Of a DNA stretch of 64,000 bases, positions 41,185 through 47,993 are shown piece by piece. A model generated the notes under the pieces. The model had not been told where the DNA came from. It saw nothing but the letters and a program-made list of their open reading frames with translations, and searched no databases. Source of the stretch: a virus (Duplodnaviria; Caudoviricetes); IMG/VR virus record IMGVR_UViG_3300047157_000041, positions 2,184 to 66,183 of that record. One strand, written 5' to 3'. The first letter of the stretch is position 1; each line of letters begins with the position of its first letter. The position numbers and the translations under genes were made by a program.

Positions 41185-41405
41185 GATTTTAAGAATGAAT
41201 CGCCGTACATAAAACCGAATGCAGATACTTGCACGCCGCTTTGACCGGTGTATGTTATTAAATCTTTAACGTTGTCAACTGTTAAGTCTGACCAGTATGA
41301 TTTAGAAAGTAAAACATACTTTAATCTCATAGCGGTACTGTACTTCACGCTTGATGAGTCGAGTTCTGATTGTAACTCTGGCTTAAGGTTTTCGTATATA
41401 GTCAT
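41181..41405 (-). CDS. Hypothetical early protein
   Basis: 74 aa, directly after the motif copy at 41419. Confidence 0.55.
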   Translation of the reverse strand: MTIYENLKPELQSELDSSSVKYSTAMRLKYVLLSKSYWSDLTVDNVKDLITYTGQSGVQVSAFGFMYGDSFLKS

Positions 41406-41429
41406 ATTATTAATTTATTATATTATCGT

Positions 41430-41690
41430 TTATTGTTCGTATTGTTGTTGTATTTGTAAATCTTTATTTATATGCTCTGCTAATTCTCTAAAATCAACTT
41501 GAGCAATGAAAGATCTCGCGTAACTTTCCATAAGACCCATGTCACCACAATGATCGAACACAATATGCTCTACATATTCTTCAATAAAGTCATAAGTTAC
41601 TGGGAATTCCCAATCACCTCCTGATACTATTTCACTGTTAATTTTCCAAGTAGCATAGTTTGACCACCCGTTACATTTTTTATCACTCAT
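41430..41690 (-). CDS. Hypothetical early protein (NGW.NYATW family)
   Basis: 86 aa. The NGWSNYATW...VDFRELAEH pattern is common among small phage early proteins. Confidence 0.6.
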   Translation of the reverse strand: MSDKKCNGWSNYATWKINSEIVSGGDWEFPVTYDFIEEYVEHIVFDHCGDMGLMESYARSFIAQVDFRELAEHINKDLQIQQQYEQ

Positions 41691-41704
41691 ATTATTTAAT
41701 TTAG

Positions 41705-41778
41705 GTGCGCCAGGAGGATTCGAACCTCCGACCTCTAGGTTATGAGCCTAGCGAGCTGACCATCTGCTCTACAGCGCA
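41705..41778 (-). tRNA. tRNA-Met(CAT), initiator-like scaffold; CCA not encoded
   Basis: TGCGCTG TA GAGC AGATGGTCA GCTC G CTAGG CTCATAA CCTAG AGGTC GGAGG TTCGAAT CCTCC TGGCGCA C forms a full cloverleaf. Confidence 0.9.
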
Positions 41779-41786
41779 ATGTATTA

Positions 41787-41874
41787 AGAGAGGTGTGCCC
41801 ACGAAGTACTTCGTTTACGTAAACCCGCCGTTGTTTGTTGGGCAAGTATATCTCTGCATATCTGCCACCCCTCT
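41787..41874 (-). ncRNA. Unclassified ~88-nt multi-stem structured RNA
   Basis: Closing stem AGAGGGGTG/CACCTCTCT, hairpin GCA-GATA-TGC, inner stem TGCCCA/TGGGCA and palindromes GTTTACGTAAAC and ACGAAGTACTTCGT. Flanked by tRNA-like elements. Confidence 0.5.
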
Positions 41875-41879
41875 GTTAG

Positions 41880-42056
41880 TGGAAGTGGGCGGAATCGAAC
41901 CGCCGTTTAAGTTAGTGTAGCGTCTGGAAATTCATCAAACAATTATTAAGTGTAATACACTTCCGTCTTCTTTTTAATCACTCCCTAGAATTCAGTATAC
42001 TTATAAGCTTCAAATCCTTCTTAGCTTCCTATTTCTTAGCTTACCTTATCACTCCC
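41880..42056 (-). ncRNA. 177-nt tmRNA-like RNA with an alanine-identity tRNA-like domain
   Basis: 5' GGGAGTG-ATAAGG pairs with 3' CACTTCC-A (G3:U70, A73). Perfect T arm GGCGG-TTCGATT-CCGCC. No D stem. Confidence 0.65.
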
Positions 42057-42059
42057 GTT

Positions 42060-42158
42060 AGTAGCTAGCAATTCACTTATGTGGTAAATACCCCCGTCAG
42101 TGCTGCATCTACACCTCGCTGTTTGGTTTACCCTAATTAAGCTACTCGTCTAGCTACT
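42060..42158 (-). ncRNA. Unclassified ~99-nt long irregular hairpin RNA
   Basis: Nested pairings AGTAGCTAG/CTAGCTACT, GCTTA/TAAGT, GGTAAA/TTTACC and CAG/CTG. Ends 3 nt before the tmRNA-like 5' end. Confidence 0.5.
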
Positions 42159-42342
42159 TGCGTCGCCAAGCTCTGTGCACTGATGCACTTACTTCTTGGC
42201 TAACTATTTGTATTTCAAGCACTTGCTTGTTAGCGATGATCGGTACATAACTGTAGTCTTGAACTGTGCTACAAGGAACACAAGTTTTATATCCATAACC
42301 TACTCTTATTGGGTGTACTTTTTCGCCGCATTTACAATACAT
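42154..42342 (-). CDS. Small zinc-finger protein (DksA/TraR-like C4 spacing)
   Basis: C.CG..V.P.R...G..TCV.C pattern. Confidence 0.55.
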   Translation of the reverse strand: MYCKCGEKVHPIRVGYGYKTCVPCSTVQDYSYVPIIANKQVLEIQIVSQEVSASVHRAWRRK

Positions 42343-42500
42343 ATATTTAATTTAATTTGTTACATTTATATTATCGATATGTATTCGTATTTGTTTTGTA
42401 TTAATACATATCTTGTTGCCACTTTGGTATCTCGGAATTATATCTAGTCCAATACTCTCGCTCTATCGCCTCGATTTCTACCAGTTTAATCTTGTGATGA

Positions 42501-42698
42501 CTAAACTTCCGTTTCTTTCTGGATTTCTTCATACATTTTTTTGATCGCTAGATACATTACATGAGCATGTAGTTCATTATAAGAGTCGCCTTCAACGTGA
42601 AACTCTGCTATTTGCCAGTGAATGCTGTCATACATTAATTCTTTAGTGACGTCAGCAATACCTTGTGCTACCTCGTCGATTTCTTTCATTTTACTCAT
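42501..42698 (-). CDS. Hypothetical early protein
   Basis: 65-aa ORF. Confidence 0.5.
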   Translation of the reverse strand: MSKMKEIDEVAQGIADVTKELMYDSIHWQIAEFHVEGDSYNELHAHVMYLAIKKMYEEIQKETEV

Positions 42699-42809
42699 CG
42701 TTTAATCCTGCTATTAGTTCGCCTAATTCAGCGAAATTCATTTCGTCTATTTGTTCTTTCGTGTAATATTCTTTATACTCTTGGTATACTTTATCCCATA
42801 TATTCATAG

Positions 42810-42992
42810 TTATGCTTTTATATATGTTAAACCTTTGTAGTTGAACCATTCAGATATACCGATTTGATCGCTACCGTCTTTGTCATTGTATTTAAATGCA
42901 AATGTTGGTGGTAGATTGCCAAGATTGTATGGCTTATAGGTAATACCGTTTAGTTTTAATTTTTTCTCGTGGAGTTTTTTAAGTTTATTCAT
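42810..42992 (-). CDS. Hypothetical early protein
   Basis: 60 aa, directly after the motif copy at 43004. Confidence 0.55.
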   Translation of the reverse strand: MNKLKKLHEKKLKLNGITYKPYNLGNLPPTFAFKYNDKDGSDQIGISEWFNYKGLTYIKA

Positions 42993-43027
42993 ATATTGTT
43001 TATTATATTATCGTTAGTTATTCGTAT

Positions 43028-43240
43028 TTACTTTGTATAATCAACATTCGGTTGTATACTTGCAGCGACACCTTGTCTGAATTGCCACTCTCGTCTGCGA
43101 TATTCGTGATCGGTGCACCACTTACGCCATGCTTTACTTACTGTATTGTTAGTACCGTATTTCGCTTCGAACTCTTCGACTTGCTTTAGTTTAGCGTCGA
43201 TTTGGTCTTGAGGATAGTCGTTGAATTTAGTAGAAGTCAT
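43028..43240 (-). CDS. Hypothetical early protein
   Basis: 70-aa ORF. Confidence 0.55.
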   Translation of the reverse strand: MTSTKFNDYPQDQIDAKLKQVEEFEAKYGTNNTVSKAWRKWCTDHEYRRREWQFRQGVAASIQPNVDYTK

Positions 43241-43396
43241 AGTATATGTCTAAAACGGTTGATTTTTCTTCGCTAGTCAGTTTAGAGTAGCACTTGTTAT
43301 ATTTTCTGTAGCTTATTTTAAGCAGATAGGTATTCATATGTCCCATAGTATTATTTATTTATTATATTATCGTTAATTATTCGTATTTGTTTTGTG

Positions 43397-43546
43397 TTAT
43401 CCGTAGATTCCAAAGCTTGTTGGTGCTCCGTTTTGTATCATATTTATTATTAATGAAATGGAACCAAAGATTACTAGAGTTACTTGAGCATAAGCGATCA
43501 CGCCTATTACTATGTTAAGTACTTTGTTGTGGTGAAATTTTCTCAT
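43397..43546 (-). CDS. Small membrane protein (49 aa, not in ORF track)
   Basis: MRKFHHNKVLNIVIGVIAYAQVTLVIFGSISLIINMIQNGAPTSFGIYG. Confidence 0.5.
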   Translation of the reverse strand: MRKFHHNKVLNIVIGVIAYAQVTLVIFGSISLIINMIQNGAPTSFGIYG

Positions 43547-43547
43547 A

Positions 43548-43682
43548 TTATTTATTTGTTGATTTATAAAATTCTATTCTATCTAAGACATCTTGTCTAG
43601 TTATTTCACCTTCCATTTGTTTACCGATGTAGTGAGTCATGTCGATTTCTTTGCCGTTAGGACAAGTTAAAGTATATATCAT
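43548..43682 (-). CDS. Small hypothetical protein (likely start MIYTLTCP, 44 aa)
   Basis: A-rich leader before the ATG at 43682. The longer ORF-track start would overlap the mini-tRNA. Confidence 0.5.
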   Translation of the reverse strand: MIYTLTCPNGKEIDMTHYIGKQMEGEITRQDVLDRIEFYKSTNK

Positions 43683-43696
43683 ATTATTATTTTTAG

Positions 43697-43737
43697 TTGA
43701 CATAGTGAGAATCGAACTCACATAAACCATTATGTCA
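43697..43737 (-). ncRNA. 41-nt mini-tRNA-like element (acceptor stem and T arm only)
   Basis: TGACATA-ATGGTTTAT-GTGAG TTCGATT CTCAC-TATGTCA-A: perfect 7-bp acceptor stem, perfect 5-bp T stem and a canonical T loop. Confidence 0.75.
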
Positions 43738-43818
43738 TTACTTGTTCGCATTTTTATACTTATAGAAACAAGTGGAACTTAAAGTTGTTACATTTATATT
43801 ATCGATTACCGATCGTAT

Positions 43819-44130
43819 TTAATCTGTAACTGGATTTCTGTCTAGGATTAAATGTCTAGTATTTTTAGGCATATCGGTTGACTGTGACCAGTATTGTCTC
43901 TTAATCCAGCAAGGCATTATAGATAACTTAGGCAACATTACTTTCAACACTTCGTCGTGATTGTAAGTTCTCTTAACACCTTTCTTGTTAGTGAAAGAGA
44001 TGATTTGATTTCTACCGAGCCAAGACTTTCTTACTACAAAGTTCTTTCTTTCGATTGGTGGATAGATCGCACTTAATTCTTCAGTGCTTAGTTTACTGAT
44101 AGCTTTCGCTAATAATTCTTTATTACTCAT
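43819..44130 (-). CDS. Hypothetical early protein
   Basis: 103 aa, after the motif copy at 44153. Confidence 0.6.
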   Translation of the reverse strand: MSNKELLAKAISKLSTEELSAIYPPIERKNFVVRKSWLGRNQIISFTNKKGVKRTYNHDEVLKVMLPKLSIMPCWIKRQYWSQSTDMPKNTRHLILDRNPVTD

Positions 44131-44176
44131 ATTATATTTATTTATTTACATTTATATTATCGTTTACTCTTCGTAT

Positions 44177-44401
44177 TTAGTTTGTAATTTTGTTTAGTAA
44201 TTCACTTAATAATTCAGTGTTTGTATACTTTAATCTTTCGTCAAACCAATCTTGATTTACTATTTCATAAGTTAGAAAGTAGTTGAATATTTCATTTTCA
44301 TTTTCTATGTTTTCAATAGTTCCCCAATATTCTGGGTATTCATTTAGTTTAGTAATTTCTTTATTTATTACATTTTTAATTAGTGGTAAAGTTCTTAACA
44401 T
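44177..44401 (-). CDS. Hypothetical early protein (first gene of the leftward block)
   Basis: 74 aa, after the motif copy at 44430. Confidence 0.55.
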   Translation of the reverse strand: MLRTLPLIKNVINKEITKLNEYPEYWGTIENIENENEIFNYFLTYEIVNQDWFDERLKYTNTELLSELLNKITN

Positions 44402-44463
44402 AGTATTATTAGTATTTGTTTGTTACATATATATTATCGTATACCAATCGTATTAGGTTTGTA

Positions 44464-44930
44464 AAGTAGTACTATTGTTTAGTAGTAGAAAAATAGTTGT
44501 AGGTATAATGCAAGGTGTCATTGTGTCATACAATAAGACAACACGTCATATGTCATAGTGTCATGACGATCAGTCACTTACTTAGTACACTGAACTGGTT
44601 TGGTACGGTGATATAGGTAATGCTATACGTGATACAGTATGTACAGTAAAAAAGGTAAAACATTTACAGGAAATTATTTTAGTTAGTAGCGATGGATAGC
44701 ATGTAGTAGTGCGGTTGCAGACATATATACAACGCAAAACGAGAATGACTAGGGGGGCTGGGTAAATAAAAACAGTTTCCCATATGGAATACGGGGTAAA
44801 TACGGTAAAAGCAACCCCATACCTCAATATTTGCAATGATTTTTTTTTGAGACATTAGCTAGTTATATATAAATAGTAGTACCCTATTGTCACACTTTTA
44901 AGTACTTATTTAAATACGTAATCATACTCG
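44464..44930. other. Non-coding divergence region; candidate origin and/or genome terminus
   Basis: The longest gene-free stretch, lying at the strand switch. It has clustered (T)GTCA pentamers at 44515-44577, GGTAAA repeats and an inverted site at 44851-44891. Confidence 0.5.
44915..44926 (+). promoter_or_regulatory. Putative late promoter element TACGTAATCATA
   Basis: One-mismatch copy of TACGTAATAATA, 5 nt before the first rightward gene. Confidence 0.5.
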
Positions 44931-44931
44931 T

Positions 44932-45177
44932 ATGACCCAGAAACTTTCCGCTACTGCTCGAAGAGACAAGGCCGCTAGAGATAAGGCTTACGCAATGACG
45001 CCTGCTAGGAAGGCGAAGAAAGCGCATGCAGAGAGAGAAGCAAGAGCGAATCCATCTAAAGCTAAGAATAAAGACTATGATCACAAAGATCAGAGATGGG
45101 AATCACCTAAACAAAACAGAGGTAACGATGGTTTAGGTACAAAGAAAGAATCTAACAACAACTACACAACTAAATAA
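44932..45177 (+). CDS. Small basic protein (degenerate HNH-like DYDH...NRG)
   Basis: 81 aa, K/R/A-rich. Confidence 0.5.
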   Translation: MTQKLSATARRDKAARDKAYAMTPARKAKKAHAEREARANPSKAKNKDYDHKDQRWESPKQNRGNDGLGTKKESNNNYTTK

Positions 45178-45178
45178 C

Positions 45179-45409
45179 ATGGCAAGAATATCTACATACC
45201 CATTAGACGGCACCATAGCTTCAACAGATAAGCTATTAGGTACTGATGAAAACAATGTAACTACCAAGAACTTCCAAATACAGAACATAACTACTTATAT
45301 AAATACCCAAACGGTAACAGAGCACGCGGATAATGCAGCTGCTATAGCTGCGGGACTACCGGTAGGAACAAGATACAGGACTGGGGATTTCTTAAAGATA
45401 GTACATTAA
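45179..45409 (+). CDS. Short virion fibre/decoration protein (MARISTYP family)
   Basis: Its N-terminal ~40 aa are paralogous to ORF 45816. Confidence 0.55.
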   Translation: MARISTYPLDGTIASTDKLLGTDENNVTTKNFQIQNITTYINTQTVTEHADNAAAIAAGLPVGTRYRTGDFLKIVH

Positions 45410-45410
45410 C

Positions 45411-45809
45411 ATGAAAAAGTTATTTGCATGGCTAACCGGAGGGGTTATCAAAGAAATAGGTAATGTAATTGATAACTTATCTACATCGGAAGAAGAAAAG
45501 CTTATAATAAAGAAGCAAATACAGCAGATATTAGAGGATGCAGACAATAATGCTCAAATTCAAGTAACAGAACGCTGGAAATCAGATATGAATTCAGACA
45601 GTTTCTTGTCTAAAAACATAAGACCTATGGTTCTTATATATTTAACTGTAATATTTAGTGCATTATCGTTTACAGATGGTAACATTGGGACATTTAAAGT
45701 AGCTAAAGAGTATATACCTATATTTCAGACATTATTAGTGACTGTTTACGGGGCATATTTTGTTGGTAGAAGTTGGGAAAAGGCAAAAAACACAATATTA
45801 AAGAAATAA
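45411..45809 (+). CDS. Holin (3TM type)
   Basis: RW.SDM.SDS.LSKNIRP, two TM helices and YFVGRS.EK. Confidence 0.75.
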   Translation: MKKLFAWLTGGVIKEIGNVIDNLSTSEEEKLIIKKQIQQILEDADNNAQIQVTERWKSDMNSDSFLSKNIRPMVLIYLTVIFSALSFTDGNIGTFKVAKEYIPIFQTLLVTVYGAYFVGRSWEKAKNTILKK

Positions 45810-45815
45810 TAGGAA

Positions 45816-46550
45816 ATGGCAAGAATTAGTACATACCCAGTTGATCAGAATCCAGAAGGATCGGACATATTATTAGGTACGGATGCCTCCGGTGGGACAG
45901 ATGCTACTAAAAATTTCCGTATATCAGACATATCGCTAATATTAATAAACGATTTCCTAGCTAATAATAGCTGGACATTCAATATTGATGAAGCTGACGC
46001 TGAAATGCGCAAGGCACAGCTGTTTTTTGCAGCAGGTGGTGGCAACAATACTAGTTGGGCAAATATAACAACCTTAAGATCAGTGTTGTTAATGGGTAAT
46101 AACACTAATGCTCAACCTTATCTTCAATACTTACTTACTAATGACCCTGTAACTGGGCAACCTGTAGTAAATAACCTAATCAAGATATCAGATCGTAATG
46201 ACTTAAGCTCTTTTGGTGTGTTTTCTTTTACATCTTTAACAGCAGTTGGGGGTAAAACGGATATATATGACATAGGGCTTACATTTATTAAAGGTGCAGG
46301 TTCAATACAAAAGAAGCATGTGTATGGCATCAATATAGATCCATCCGATGCTACCGACAAAACATTTGAATTTACTCAAGGTGTTCCCTCTACAACATGG
46401 AACATACAACACAACTTAAATAAGTTCCCGTCTATAACTGTGATCGATACGGCTGATACTGTAGTGACCGGGCAATATACTTATATAGATAACAACAACG
46501 TAACACTAACATTTTCGGCAGGTTTTGCCGGCAAGGCATACCTAAACTAA
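45816..46550 (+). CDS. Virion fibre-associated protein (MARISTYP family)
   Basis: C-terminal TW.I.HNL.KFPSITV.D...G.AYLN domain typical of phage tail proteins. Confidence 0.6.
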   Translation: MARISTYPVDQNPEGSDILLGTDASGGTDATKNFRISDISLILINDFLANNSWTFNIDEADAEMRKAQLFFAAGGGNNTSWANITTLRSVLLMGNNTNAQPYLQYLLTNDPVTGQPVVNNLIKISDRNDLSSFGVFSFTSLTAVGGKTDIYDIGLTFIKGAGSIQKKHVYGINIDPSDATDKTFEFTQGVPSTTWNIQHNLNKFPSITVIDTADTVVTGQYTYIDNNNVTLTFSAGFAGKAYLN

Positions 46551-46556
46551 CAAACT

Positions 46557-47972
46557 ATGGCAATTAATTTTTTAAACACGGTTGATTTAAATCAGAATCA
46601 ACTTAACCAAGCGGTAATACAAAATGTCGCATCGGACCCAGCGTCAGGCGTTGTTGGTCAAATAATATTTAACACTACAACAGATTCATTAAAACAATAT
46701 GTTGCTGATACAGGCAGCGGATCTGCAGGTTGGGAATCTATAGGCGGTGATATACAAAAAGTAGACGGCGGTACTTATATAACAGTAACAGATCCAAATG
46801 GGCCTATACCTATTGTTAACCACGACGCAACTACTAGAACAAATACCCCAACCGCCTCTAGCCCAGGTTATGGCGGTGATATCGTAGCTATTAAAGCTAT
46901 TGGAACAAACGCAACCGGTCACGTAACATCTGTAGATACTGAAACATACACATTACCAGCCGATACCAATGAAACATATACATTACCTGTAACCGCAGGT
47001 ACAGTAGCTCCCGGGGCACCAACAAGCGGTAAAATATCTTTAACAGCTGGAGGCACCGGATCTGGTGTTAAATCTACAGTAGAATTTATAGGTACAACTG
47101 GTAGAATAGACGTAACAAGTGTTAATCAAAATAACGGTAGTATAACTATTGATTTAACAGATGATGTTACAATAGTGGATGATTTAACAGTTGGAGGCGT
47201 AATTACTCAAAGCCAATCAGGTGAAACAAATAGTTTTGCGAGTCCAATTAATATGAACACCAATAAGCTTACCAATGTTGCAACTGGTACAGCTTCTACA
47301 GACGGTGTTAATTTAGGTCAAGTAGAATTACTAGTTGCAGGCGTCGGTGTATTTAAAGGTGGTTACAATGCTACTACTGATCCTGGTGTTCCAGTTATTA
47401 GTGGTGGTTCTAATATAGCTTTAGATCAAGGTGATTATTTTATAGTAACGCACGATGGTGATATAACTTTTAGTGACACTACAATTTCAGTAGAAGTTGG
47501 TGATTTTATATTTGCTAATGCATCAATCACAGCATCGTCATCCCCAGCATCAACTCAATACACGTTTGTTTTAGCAGACGCTAATGTAGCAGGCGCTGGT
47601 GCAACAGATGGTGCAACTGAAAAAGGTGTATCAGGTTTTGATTCAGCTAGCTTTGATGTAACAGCTTCTGGTTGGGTACAATTAAATTCTCAAAGAAATC
47701 CTTACGGCGCTAAACAATCTTTAAATAATACTGCGCCATCTTCAAGGGCAGAGTCTGGAGGCGTAACAACATTTACTTTAAACTTAGCGGCTGCTAGTTT
47801 ATTTGGAACAGGCGCTTTAGCAGAGAATGTTAAAGTTGAAGTAACTGATGGATCCTCACCTTATCAAACAGTATTTGCAGAAGTTACAAGAAGCGGGTCC
47901 GCAAGTATGGCTATAGCTTTTACAGGCTCTATAGCAAATGACGCTTACCGAGTGCTTCTTTCGCACGTATAG
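46557..47972 (+). CDS. Tail fibre/structural protein
   Basis: 471 aa, G/T/S-rich, with KLTNVATGT.STDGVN and FKGGYNA fibre motifs. Confidence 0.65.
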   Translation: MAINFLNTVDLNQNQLNQAVIQNVASDPASGVVGQIIFNTTTDSLKQYVADTGSGSAGWESIGGDIQKVDGGTYITVTDPNGPIPIVNHDATTRTNTPTASSPGYGGDIVAIKAIGTNATGHVTSVDTETYTLPADTNETYTLPVTAGTVAPGAPTSGKISLTAGGTGSGVKSTVEFIGTTGRIDVTSVNQNNGSITIDLTDDVTIVDDLTVGGVITQSQSGETNSFASPINMNTNKLTNVATGTASTDGVNLGQVELLVAGVGVFKGGYNATTDPGVPVISGGSNIALDQGDYFIVTHDGDITFSDTTISVEVGDFIFANASITASSSPASTQYTFVLADANVAGAGATDGATEKGVSGFDSASFDVTASGWVQLNSQRNPYGAKQSLNNTAPSSRAESGGVTTFTLNLAAASLFGTGALAENVKVEVTDGSSPYQTVFAEVTRSGSASMAIAFTGSIANDAYRVLLSHV

Positions 47973-47993
47973 ATTAACTAATACTCACAATGC

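Larger units (their letters stand above)
40522..44463 (-). promoter_or_regulatory. Eight copies of a tripartite early promoter motif TACAAA-N4-ATACGA-N8-CGATAATATA
   Basis: Plus-strand TATATTATCG-N8-(T/C)CGTAT-N4-TTTGTA-like sequence begins at 40522, 41419, 42367, 43004, 43363, 43795, 44153 and 44430. All have identical spacing and sit just upstream of minus-strand genes or RNAs. Confidence 0.85.

Noticed and set aside
41705..41920. ORF-track 71-aa plus-strand ORF
   Set aside because: It is the antisense reading of tRNA-Met and the adjacent RNAs.
40522..44463. Repeated motif as a CRISPR array or attC-type cassette array
   Set aside because: Spacing is irregular (280-950 bp) with whole genes in between, the repeat has variable internal spacers and no palindrome, and no cas or integrase gene is present. 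A promoter fits better.
44582..44836. ORF-track 84-aa minus-strand ORF
   Set aside because: Atypical composition, no promoter motif or A-rich leader, and it lies in the repeat-rich non-coding switch region.
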